A DNA stretch of 64,000 nt from NCBI GenBank assembly GCA_913009335.1, contig CAJVXN010000005.1, positions 110-64,109 on the forward strand, in the 5' to 3' direction. This stretch comes from an uncultured bacterium (GTDB lineage: Bacteria; Omnitrophota; Gorgyraeia; Ghiorseimicrobiales; Ghiorseimicrobiaceae). Positions 9,069 to 17,772 of this stretch are shown here, one piece after another. Both the position numbers and the translations under genes were made by a program. How positions within the stretch are numbered: position 1 is the stretch's first letter; each line of letters opens with the position of its first letter. The notes below the pieces were generated by a model that saw only the letters and a program-made list of their open reading frames with translations, made no database searches and had not been told where the DNA came from.

Positions 9069-9332
9069 CTATGCCTTATAACTCTGTAAATTACGAATAA
9101 AACTTTCTCCGTCCATATGCTTCTCATCAATCTTCATTTTTCCATACTGCAACTGGTAGGATTTTAGAAACTTAAGAGCGTCGCAATCCTCTTCGAGATA
9201 AACCTTTTCTCCGGACATATAAGAATATCCGCTTATATCATCAACGATAAACAATCCCCGCAAATCCTGTTTAGTTACCTCCAGCCAGGCATGCCCTGGG
9301 TCTGAGTGAAAAGTAAATACTCTTGTTTTCAT
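9069..9332 (-). CDS. conserved hypothetical protein
   Basis: DPGHAWL...YLEEDCD motifs. Confidence 0.7.
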   Translation of the reverse strand: MKTRVFTFHSDPGHAWLEVTKQDLRGLFIVDDISGYSYMSGEKVYLEEDCDALKFLKSYQLQYGKMKIDEKHMDGESFIRNLQSYKA

Positions 9333-9351
9333 TTTATCACCTCCTCTCTTT

Positions 9352-9415
9352 GACTAATACTCATCAGAACCGCTTTGCGGTTGACGCGGAGATATCCTCC
9401 GCGTTTCGTTTAGTC
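9352..9415 (-). ncRNA. hammerhead ribozyme HH4 (type II)
   Basis: Minus: GACTAAAC GAAAC GCGGAG GATAT CTCCGC GTC AACCGC AAA GCGGTT CTGATGA GTATTAGTC; cleavage predicted after 9383. Confidence 0.92.
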
Positions 9416-9607
9416 GCTATAACTCTCTGGAAATAACCACTCTAACATTTCATCATTCATATTTTCCTTTCCGAGATGTAAAACATAATCTCTTATGCTT
9501 TTATCTCCTTATTGCTAACGGACAATCTCCGCAATTACGTCTTAAACAACTCTTACAAAACGGAAAACCTGCGAATAATCTTCTCCACATAATAATCACC
9601 TCCTCTC

Positions 9608-10123
9608 TTATTCCTCCACTCTAACAAATCCGAGCAATCTCGGGATATTGTTTCTCTTGTAAGTAACGCGCTTAACCTTAGAGGGGTAAGCGCCGGCGTT
9701 GCCTTCTATTGCCGTTATTGCTGCTTTGCTTACGCTCTCCACGATACCAATATGCCCCTGCCAGCCGTTTCTCTTACCGCGCCAGAAGCATATCAAATCT
9801 CCGGGCCGGGGAGTACTTACGATAAGCCCTTGAGCTTTTGCCCTGTTGAAAATAGTTTTTGCGGAGAGGCAATAGGCAATATCCTTAACGTTATTCTGTT
9901 GCAGAATATAAGAGATAAATCCCGCACACCATGCAAGATTCTCCCTGCCGTTGAGATACCGCTTTATTGCGACTCCGCAATTGTTGCTTGTTGTTTCTCC
10001 GTTGCCTAATTCAGCTCTCGCGCTGCGGACTAATCTCGATCCGAGATTACTGTCCGCAAAGGCAGAAGAGCCGAATATAAGAAGAAAAACAATAGCAAGA
10101 TATAATTTCTTTGATTTATTCAT
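9608..10123 (-). CDS. CHAP-domain peptidoglycan hydrolase with signal peptide
   Basis: AWCAGF, PGDLI, GHIGIV, IEGN; N-terminal basic+hydrophobic segment ending AFA. Confidence 0.85.
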   Translation of the reverse strand: MNKSKKLYLAIVFLLIFGSSAFADSNLGSRLVRSARAELGNGETTSNNCGVAIKRYLNGRENLAWCAGFISYILQQNNVKDIAYCLSAKTIFNRAKAQGLIVSTPRPGDLICFWRGKRNGWQGHIGIVESVSKAAITAIEGNAGAYPSKVKRVTYKRNNIPRLLGFVRVEE

Positions 10124-10385
10124 TCTCTACCAACCCCATTTCATCTCAAATGATAATGAGAATTTTCTCTTAAAGCGGACTATTGATAATGTAACTCCGC
10201 CCAGATTTAAACGAAATACTTTGTATTGCTTTATTACTGTTCTTGTAACCATACTGACTCCTTATTGCTTTATAACGAACTTAGCTCTATATTCTTTCGT
10301 CTCCGGCAACATTGTCCATCTTTGTTTCTTTGCAAATAATTTTCGTAATCTTACGATTAAATTTTTCATCTCTGAACTCCTGCTT

Positions 10386-10774
10386 TGTGGATAAGCTGTG
10401 GATAAGCTGTGGATAACTCCCTTAGTTTCGAACTCTTGCCCTGTGGATAACTCCATGCTAAGGTGTTATGGTTATGGGTTGCGGAGTGGAGGTGTTGCCC
10501 GCGTCTCCGCACTCCCTCAACCAAATATATCATCTCTTCCTTATTATATATAGTATATAAATACTTTATATTATATATAAGGAGTATATATACAAAGGAA
10601 ATCAAGATTTCCGCGTATATATCAGCGCATAAGCTCTAAATACCTGTACCTATAGGGCTATAAAATAAGTAGAATATGGAGTTTAATGCTTCAACTCCTT
10701 AACCCGTGAGCCTAAGTTATCCACAGGTTATCCACAGGTTACTAACAGGTTATCCACAGGCAAAGTTATCCACA
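10386..10774. promoter_or_regulatory. DnaA-box cluster, oriC-like element
   Basis: TGTGGATAA at 10386, 10397, 10408, 10442; TTATCCACA at 10717, 10728, 10750, 10766; degenerate box at 10739; AT-rich core ~10540-10595. Confidence 0.85.
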
Positions 10775-10930
10775 ACCTTGGAACACTCATAGACCTTGCT
10801 ACTTTGTATCAAAAAGCAATAGCCGAAGCGGTCAATCTCTTCGGCTCTTAAATCTATATTTAACAATTAGGGCTGCAAACTTTTAGAATTACTTATGTTT
10901 ATTTGTTTTACTTTAGCAACGGAGAAAATA

Positions 10931-11446
10931 CTAAACTGCGTTATTACTTTCGAGCAGGCACTTGGCTTTATAGATGATGTTGTCCGCTACTCTATCATTG
11001 CCGTTGATGCCTTGCTTCTTTAACTCCGCCTTGAATACCTTTTGCCAGTCTGCTTTACTTATATCAATGGCAATGTCCTTTATCCCTTCCCTATGGAATG
11101 TAAGAATATTTTCATTGACAACGTACTGGTTGTTTACTTTAGGCAATCCATTATGTATCTTGTAGTTTACGAAATCAAGGATTGACTTAGAGAATTTGAC
11201 TCGTTCCTTAATCCCTAGCATAGTTGCCTTGAATGTATCCTTTGCCTTTATCGTTTCCGCCTTGGCAGTGTTAAGGATTGCTTCGGCTTCGGCGATTTGC
11301 TGCGCTTTCGCTTCCGGGCTTAGGTTGTCCATATACTCGGTTGCGATTGCTTGCTTCTTTGCTTTAAGCTTTGCGTTTAATTCCTTTTGCTGTTGCTTTA
11401 ACGCTTCGGCTTCTTGCAGATATTCGGTTATTGTTTGTTTACCCAT
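10931..11446 (-). CDS. coiled-coil hypothetical protein, first gene of the leftward unit
   Basis: 171 aa Ala/Lys-rich helical ORF downstream of the promoter at 11520-11548. Confidence 0.7.
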   Translation of the reverse strand: MGKQTITEYLQEAEALKQQQKELNAKLKAKKQAIATEYMDNLSPEAKAQQIAEAEAILNTAKAETIKAKDTFKATMLGIKERVKFSKSILDFVNYKIHNGLPKVNNQYVVNENILTFHREGIKDIAIDISKADWQKVFKAELKKQGINGNDRVADNIIYKAKCLLESNNAV

Positions 11447-11519
11447 TGTTTTAAACCCTTCTGCAATTCTGCAAAGTTTGCTTCCCTAATTGTCAATGAA
11501 CGATTATTGATTATGATAT

Positions 11520-11548
11520 ATGGTAACATATATATATATATATGTCAA
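11520..11548 (-). promoter_or_regulatory. sigma70 promoter with (TA)n spacer
   Basis: TTGACA (11548-11543), 17 bp spacer made almost entirely of TA repeats, TACCAT (11525-11520). Confidence 0.7.
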
Positions 11549-11833
11549 GGTTTTTCTTTTGCGATATAGAATTATTTTATTGTATGGATTCTGGATAGAT
11601 ACGCCAAATATACCAGTGAAAAGTTAGGATTGAAGAAAGGAGGTGCGCGTACCACTCCTCCCAAATATACCTTCGAACTTACCTTTTAGGCCCTTGCATA
11701 TCAGCGAAAACAACTTCTCACCTTTTTCGCCTTTTTCCAATTTCCCAAATTTTATTTTTATTTTTTTTACGTTTTTAGGTTTTAGCATTTAAGACGAGAG
11801 TTCGAAGCAGAATTAAATAAATAAAAATAACAG

Positions 11834-11862
11834 TTGACAAGAAAACGTTTTCAGTGTATATT
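11834..11862 (+). promoter_or_regulatory. sigma70 promoter (rightward)
   Basis: TTGACA-17bp-TATATT with upstream A-tracts. Confidence 0.65.
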
Positions 11863-11964
11863 TTTAATATGTATAAACGTAGAGATGAAGGCAGCAGGCC
11901 TAGATAAAAAAATAAAACCGGGAAGCAATATGCAATATAATTGCGATCACATAGGAAGTTAACC

Positions 11965-11993
11965 AGAGCGTGAGAAATCATGCTCTTTTTTTT
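11965..11993 (+). terminator. intrinsic terminator
   Basis: AGAGCGTGA GAAA TCATGCTCT followed by T-run. Confidence 0.75.
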
Positions 11994-12030
11994 GTTCATT
12001 AAAAATTAATTTATTTAGCTTGGAACTTCT

Positions 12031-12120
12031 GCTTGCGGTAGTTTAAACGGAAAAACATCTGTCTTGTCCGGACGAGGCTAGAAACGAATATGCGGATTCG
12101 ACTTCCGCCCGCAGGCGCCA
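12031..12120 (+). tRNA. atypical tRNA-like RNA (8-bp acceptor stem, G discriminator, CCA; possible GTC anticodon)
   Basis: GCTTGCGG/CCGCAGGC+GCCA; D arm GTTT/AAAC; T arm GCGGA TTCGACT TCCGC; irregular anticodon and variable arms. Confidence 0.65.
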
Positions 12121-12125
12121 ATATT

Positions 12126-12440
12126 ATGATAAACTTCCCCAGAGTCAATTATTACAAAGCATTTAAGATTCCGAATTTCAGTGAGCCGGATGTAGTGAAG
12201 AAACGGTATCACCATTTGATATTGAAATATCACCCGGATCGCGGCGGGAAGGAAGAAATAGCACAGATGATAAATAATGCGTATGATATTCTTTCCCAGC
12301 AAAAAGCTGCCTATGACGCTTTCCTGCGGGAAATGTTAAATCCCCGGGCGGATATGAATGTAGAGATTGTGTTTGGTCAAGGATTTAATGCAGGAGGATC
12401 AAGTTGGACGACTACCTATACAACACAAGGATGGAGTTAA
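12126..12440 (+). CDS. J-domain (DnaJ-like) protein
   Basis: KYHPDRGG...INNAYDILS. Confidence 0.88.
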   Translation: MINFPRVNYYKAFKIPNFSEPDVVKKRYHHLILKYHPDRGGKEEIAQMINNAYDILSQQKAAYDAFLREMLNPRADMNVEIVFGQGFNAGGSSWTTTYTTQGWS

Positions 12441-12463
12441 TAATAAAAGAAAGGAGGATATCC

Positions 12464-12637
12464 ATGAATATCAATGAATTCGCGGTACTGGTAGCGAAGA
12501 AAGAAGGAGGAAAAAAACAGGTCAATATCGCGCAGATAAAGGAAATACTGCGGATAGTGAATAAGGAAGTAAGGGGTGAACTATATAAGATGATAAGATC
12601 AATAGTAGATTTATCACACAGGAAACCGAGAGGATAA
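12464..12637 (+). CDS. small HU-like helical protein
   Basis: MNINEFAVLVAKKEG resembles HU N-terminal helices; strong RBS. Confidence 0.4.
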   Translation: MNINEFAVLVAKKEGGKKQVNIAQIKEILRIVNKEVRGELYKMIRSIVDLSHRKPRG

Positions 12638-12638
12638 T

Positions 12639-12944
12639 ATGAAAATAATATCACCTATGAATAAGAGAGTAATTGTTGAACCCCAGACAAGGGAAACAAA
12701 AACACCCGGAGGACTTTATATCCCTGAAATTGCTAATCAGAAGGCGCCGACAAAAGGCATAATAATTTCCATAGCTGCTGATAGCGATGTTAACGTGTTG
12801 GTACAACCGGGAGATACAGTATTATTCTCCAAGTTTTCAGGCACAGAAATTACTCTTGTGGCTGATAAACCCGGAGAAAAAGATAGGAATCTTTTAGTAA
12901 TGAAAGATGACGAAATTTTGGCCGTAATAAAGGACAGACAATGA
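12639..12944 (+). CDS. groES: co-chaperonin GroES
   Basis: ISPMNKRVIV, TPGGLYIP, GDTVLFSKFSGTEI, DDEILAVI. Confidence 0.93.
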   Translation: MKIISPMNKRVIVEPQTRETKTPGGLYIPEIANQKAPTKGIIISIAADSDVNVLVQPGDTVLFSKFSGTEITLVADKPGEKDRNLLVMKDDEILAVIKDRQ

Positions 12945-13076
12945 CGCATTCAATGACAACTTATCCACCGACTCCGGTATTAGACATACCCGGGGTGGCG
13001 GGTTTAATAATAGCTTCTGTTCTTTTCATCATAGTAACTATATTGATGTTATGTATATTTAAAAAAAAGGAGTCCA

Positions 13077-13511
13077 ATGGAAAGCCCTAAGCTTGACAAG
13101 ATGAAAGAGGATATACGGCAAAAACAGATATCAGTTATCAAAGCAGCTGTTAAAGCCACTTTAGATAAAATCGCTGTTATTGAGAAACAGAAAAATGAAG
13201 CCCAGGGATTGCTTAAAATCCTCAAACATGATCTTTTTGACTTGAAAGACGGCAGGCTAGACAGGATACTCGAGCGTCAGGGCATGAGTGAAGAGGCTAA
13301 AAATATAAGCGTTATGGCTATTTCGAAATGCGATAATGCTTCCGGGACTCCGCCTTGGTATGAAAACTATCTTATCCATGTAATACATGAAGCAGGAGAC
13401 GCGGCATTTGAAGGTAGTCCTAAGGTAGATACTAAGCTTAATTGTTCTCTGACTAAAACACATGCATCAGGAAGCTATAAGTTAGAAGACGGTACGCTTA
13501 AGTACCTATAG
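13077..13511 (+). CDS. hypothetical protein
   Basis: ORF with RBS. Confidence 0.65.
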   Translation: MESPKLDKMKEDIRQKQISVIKAAVKATLDKIAVIEKQKNEAQGLLKILKHDLFDLKDGRLDRILERQGMSEEAKNISVMAISKCDNASGTPPWYENYLIHVIHEAGDAAFEGSPKVDTKLNCSLTKTHASGSYKLEDGTLKYL

Positions 13512-13523
13512 GAGGTAAATAAA

Positions 13524-14624
13524 ATGATCGATCTTTTCTACCCGTACGTTCCAAAAGAGGCTATAGATGCTGTAACTGATGTTCTGCGTTCACGATTTAT
13601 CGGCCAAGGCCCCAAAGTGGACCAGTTTGAAAAAGACTTTAACAAGTTCTTCCATTTAAACCACTCTGTAGCCCTAAATTCAGGCACTTCGGCTTTAGAC
13701 ACAGCATATGACCTTGTGGGCCTTAAACGCGGGGATGAGGTAATATGCACGCCATTGACGTGTACTGCTACGAACCTTCCATTATTGCGGCGCGGAGTTA
13801 AGATAATCTGGGCCGATGTTGATCCGGATACGCTTTGTATCGATTATAATGATATAAATAGGAAAATAACGGACAAAACCAAAGCAATAGTACAAGTTCA
13901 TCTTGGCGGCATTAAGGCAGGCATGGGTAAATACAATTTTTTCAAAGAAGGAGTTTTTACTCAACGTAAAAAGATTCCAATTATATCGGACGCTTGCCAG
14001 GCCCTGGGGATTTTTTCGGGCGATATGACAGCGTGTTCATTCCAAGCTATCAAACACATAACCACCGGAGATGGCGGAATGATAGTGTTAAATAATAGCA
14101 AAGATGAGAAAGATGCTAAGATGTTAAGATGGTTCGGGATTGATAGAGAAAAGAAAATCGCGAATAACTGGCAGGCATATAGAGAACGCAAGATGACGTT
14201 TGATATTGATCTTCCCGGGACTAAGCGGCATATGACAGATATCTCGGCCGCTATGGGAATTGCCGCGCTTAAGCACTATAGGGAAGTTATAAAACATAGG
14301 AAAAAGATATTTAATATATATAGAAGGAAATTATGTAACATCCCAGGTGTAATGAGGATCGTAGATGGTGAAGTCAATACATATTGGCTCGCTACATTAT
14401 TGGTTGAGAATAGAGACGGTTTTGCACGCATGCTTTTCGACGCTGATGTTGATACGAATGTAGTACAGGTCAGAAATGACATTTATCATGTATTCGGAGG
14501 TAAACGAGAAAATCTTATGGTAATGAATAGTATTGAGGAAAATTATATAAGTATCCCTCTTGGAATGCATGTTTCTGAAGAAAACGCAGAATTTATCTGC
14601 CAAAAAATAAAGGGAGGTTGGTGA
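13524..14624 (+). CDS. DegT/DnrJ/EryC1/StrS sugar aminotransferase
   Basis: NSGTSAL, DACQALG, SFQAIKHITTGDGG (PLP lysine). Confidence 0.93.
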   Translation: MIDLFYPYVPKEAIDAVTDVLRSRFIGQGPKVDQFEKDFNKFFHLNHSVALNSGTSALDTAYDLVGLKRGDEVICTPLTCTATNLPLLRRGVKIIWADVDPDTLCIDYNDINRKITDKTKAIVQVHLGGIKAGMGKYNFFKEGVFTQRKKIPIISDACQALGIFSGDMTACSFQAIKHITTGDGGMIVLNNSKDEKDAKMLRWFGIDREKKIANNWQAYRERKMTFDIDLPGTKRHMTDISAAMGIAALKHYREVIKHRKKIFNIYRRKLCNIPGVMRIVDGEVNTYWLATLLVENRDGFARMLFDADVDTNVVQVRNDIYHVFGGKRENLMVMNSIEENYISIPLGMHVSEENAEFICQKIKGGW

Positions 14625-17422
14625 TGGAATGTCCGATATGTCAAAAAAGTCTAGGTAACTTTAATGAAGAGATAGTTAGCCATTTAGCGGTTTTCAAAGG
14701 TGCAAGTGGAACCAATCATGTACACGGTCCTATTGAAGATAAAGAAGTGATAAAAGAATTTACGCATGATATTTTATCGCATGCAGGATTAGAGAATGAT
14801 TTTAAAGAAGTATCCGCAAGTGGGATAAATCGTAAAGAGATAGTATTCCGTAACCGGCAGCGGATAGGTGATATGCTGATGTTCACTTGTGCCATTAGAG
14901 ATTTTAAAGCGGCGTTTCCTAAGGTGCGAGTAAATATTCTTTCTACAGCAATGCATATCTGGGATCATAATCCTCATATTGATAGAACATTATTACATAC
15001 AGAAGAAAATATTGTTAAGATAGGCCCAGGGAAACTTACCAATGCATCCAATAGATTAGACTGGCATTTTGCTAACGCATATAGATTATCGATAGAAGAT
15101 GCGCTCGGAGTATCTATTCCTCAGGGATTATCTCGGCCGGATATCTGGTTGACAGAAGAAGAATTTAATGCGCCGCCGGTTGAAAAACATCCATATTGGA
15201 TAATTGTCATCACGGGAGAAAAAGGCTGGGGATGTAAAATGTATCCTTTTGAAAAGTGGCAAGAATTCATTACTCTGAATCCTGATACATTATTTTATCA
15301 ATTAGGAACTCGCGAAGACAATCCTCCAAGACTGCAAGGGAATAATGTTGTTGACTATGTTGGCAAGACACAAGATAAGAATACAGGCATACGTGATTTA
15401 TATAAATTATTTTTAAACGCGGAAGGATCAATAGGCCTTGTTAGTTTTCATATGCATTTATCAGGAGCATTATATAAGCCGGCAATTGTCGTTGCCGGCG
15501 CGCGGGAGCCTGTATCGTTTACAAGATATGAAGGCCATAGGTATTTATCAACTGATGGCTGCTTACCTTGTGCAGTGAAAGCCTGTTGGCATTGTAATAT
15601 TGATACTTGTTCTAATTTGGTTGGAAATAAAGTTCCGAAATGCGTTGATATAATTACTCCGCAGGATTTAACAAATGCTTTGAATAGTTATTATATTGGC
15701 GGTCGATTAGTCAGAAGTAAACAATCTGCCAAGCCTAAGGAATTTAAGAATATAGTCAAGACTCCCGATAAAGCACCTGAAAAAATTACTACAGAAGTGA
15801 AGGTAAAAGATAGGGATAGGCAAAAAAACGATGCGGAACTTATCGCCTGGCGTTCTCAATTCGGATATCCATTTGATAGTGGAAGCATACATTCAAAAGA
15901 TTGGATATTTCTTGAGAAAATAATTGATGAAAATAAGATTAAGACAATAGTAGAATTTGGCGTGGGCCTTTCTACGTTATTAATGCATAAAAAAGGTATT
16001 AATGTTATTTCATTTGATACTTATCCAAAATGGATTGAAAAAATACATAAAATAAATCCTGATTTAGATATACGCCTTTGGGATGGTATTGATATAGATA
16101 AAATAAAAGAGCAGTTAGCAACATTGACAATCGATATGGTTTTTGTAGATGGGCCTTCCGGCGGGCAGACAAGAGGGCCATCTACTCAATGCGCTTCTGA
16201 AATATCTGATATAGTCATTATCCATAATTCATATGGCAGCGATGAAAAGAATTGGCAGGAGATGCATCTTGAAAAAGAATTTGATGGCCCTGAAAAAGGC
16301 GGCCGTTGGAATGGAACAAGTCTTTGGGGAAGAAAACTTGGAAATATAAAACTCGCGCCGCTTGAACCTAAAACAGAGAAAGAAAGCGATGAACTTAGAA
16401 AACTTGAAAGAGTAGTTATTGCCGCTGGATTTCAACAAACAATAAAGATAGTATCTACTGCTCGCGGGTGGGGCGGTTGCGCTAGATCTATTACGACTAT
16501 AATGAAATATTTATTAGCGGCCGGCCACAAGGTAGAATTTATTCCTTTCCGCAATAAAGTAAGCAGCAGGGAATTTAAAGAGATATTAAAGACAGATCTT
16601 AAAGATGTCAAAGTAACGGAAGATTATGAAACATTGCATGAAAGCTGCGATGTCTTATTTGTTTACGCTGATGATTTTGTTTGGGAATTTACTACTCCGG
16701 AAATGGCAGAGGTATTTTCTTCTTTAAATGCTGATAGGAAGATAATGATGTTGAACTATCGCAGAGGCAAGGTAGGCGAAATTGAATGGACTAAAGGTTG
16801 GGATAAATATATGTTTTTGAATTCATCTCAGGAGAAGGAATTACTTAAAAAGCTGCCGGAATCTAAAACAAAAGTCCTTGCGCCATGTACAGATTTGAGT
16901 GAATTTTTAAATGTCGGGATTGATTTTGCCGGAAGCATAAGATTAGTGAGGCATAGCTCTCAAGGAGATACTAAATTCGCGAAAGATTTCGGCATTGAGG
17001 TAGAAAATATTCTTAATTCAAGAAACGATTTGAATATGTTTTTCTTACCGGGGCCTTCTTTTATATCTGATACAAATAGGATTATAAAATTCAAACGTAC
17101 AGCCGAAGCAAAAACAATAGCAAATTTTTTAACAGCAGGAAACTTATTCTGGTATTCACTCCCTAAAGGCTATATGGATATGGGTCCGCGCGTTATAATT
17201 GAAGCCCTCGCTGTAGGATTGCCGGTTATTGCGGACAATTGGGGCGGCGCTGTGGATCGTGTAACGCCTGAATGCGGATGGCTTTGTAATAGTAAAGAAG
17301 AAATGGTACAGATTATTAAAAATGTAACAGTAGCAGAATTGGAAAAGAAAGGCAAAGCAGCCCGTGAAAGAGCAATAGCTGAATTTATCCCGGAGAAATG
17401 GATTAAGGAAATATTATGCTGA
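14624..17422 (+). CDS. multidomain GT9 glycosyltransferase + SAM methyltransferase + GT4-like glycosyltransferase
   Basis: RIGDML, K.YP..W, SFHMHLS, Cys cluster CLPC..CWHC..C..C; EFGVGLST/FVDGP; GPRVIIEALAVGLPVIA. Confidence 0.85.
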   Translation: MECPICQKSLGNFNEEIVSHLAVFKGASGTNHVHGPIEDKEVIKEFTHDILSHAGLENDFKEVSASGINRKEIVFRNRQRIGDMLMFTCAIRDFKAAFPKVRVNILSTAMHIWDHNPHIDRTLLHTEENIVKIGPGKLTNASNRLDWHFANAYRLSIEDALGVSIPQGLSRPDIWLTEEEFNAPPVEKHPYWIIVITGEKGWGCKMYPFEKWQEFITLNPDTLFYQLGTREDNPPRLQGNNVVDYVGKTQDKNTGIRDLYKLFLNAEGSIGLVSFHMHLSGALYKPAIVVAGAREPVSFTRYEGHRYLSTDGCLPCAVKACWHCNIDTCSNLVGNKVPKCVDIITPQDLTNALNSYYIGGRLVRSKQSAKPKEFKNIVKTPDKAPEKITTEVKVKDRDRQKNDAELIAWRSQFGYPFDSGSIHSKDWIFLEKIIDENKIKTIVEFGVGLSTLLMHKKGINVISFDTYPKWIEKIHKINPDLDIRLWDGIDIDKIKEQLATLTIDMVFVDGPSGGQTRGPSTQCASEISDIVIIHNSYGSDEKNWQEMHLEKEFDGPEKGGRWNGTSLWGRKLGNIKLAPLEPKTEKESDELRKLERVVIAAGFQQTIKIVSTARGWGGCARSITTIMKYLLAAGHKVEFIPFRNKVSSREFKEILKTDLKDVKVTEDYETLHESCDVLFVYADDFVWEFTTPEMAEVFSSLNADRKIMMLNYRRGKVGEIEWTKGWDKYMFLNSSQEKELLKKLPESKTKVLAPCTDLSEFLNVGIDFAGSIRLVRHSSQGDTKFAKDFGIEVENILNSRNDLNMFFLPGPSFISDTNRIIKFKRTAEAKTIANFLTAGNLFWYSLPKGYMDMGPRVIIEALAVGLPVIADNWGGAVDRVTPECGWLCNSKEEMVQIIKNVTVAELEKKGKAARERAIAEFIPEKWIKEILC

Positions 17423-17772
17423 TATTCCCTAAAGAATTATATCAACCGATAGCAAGATTTATTCAGCGTGTAATTGATAAACCTACCTTGTGGGATATAG
17501 ATAAATATTCTAAAGATGAAATACCGAAAGAACTTCTCCTTGATGAATATACTATTGAATTAGGGAAGTTTATTATGATGGGCGAAGAAGATTATTTTAA
17601 AGATATAATACCAGTGAGAATGTATGGAAATAAAAGAGTTAATATTAGTAAAGATGAAATAAAAAAAATTGCTTTAAAAAAATTTGAATTAATAGGAAAA
17701 GTTCAAAAAGGCGAAAAAGTTTTAATAAGCGATGATTTTCGCGGGATTGATAAAATTCTAATACAAAAATGA
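17416..17772 (+). CDS. hypothetical protein
   Basis: Translationally coupled within the cluster. Confidence 0.6.
   Translation: MLIFPKELYQPIARFIQRVIDKPTLWDIDKYSKDEIPKELLLDEYTIELGKFIMMGEEDYFKDIIPVRMYGNKRVNISKDEIKKIALKKFELIGKVQKGEKVLISDDFRGIDKILIQK

Noticed and set aside
10262-10605. ORFs containing LSTAYPQ repeats
   Set aside because: Translations of the DnaA-box arrays; at most the last ~38 codons of 10262-10456 could be a real gene.
11560-11780. Pyrimidine-rich non-coding stretch as possible genome end or pac/cos site
   Set aside because: No recognisable terminal repeat or cos signature; cannot be supported without reads.
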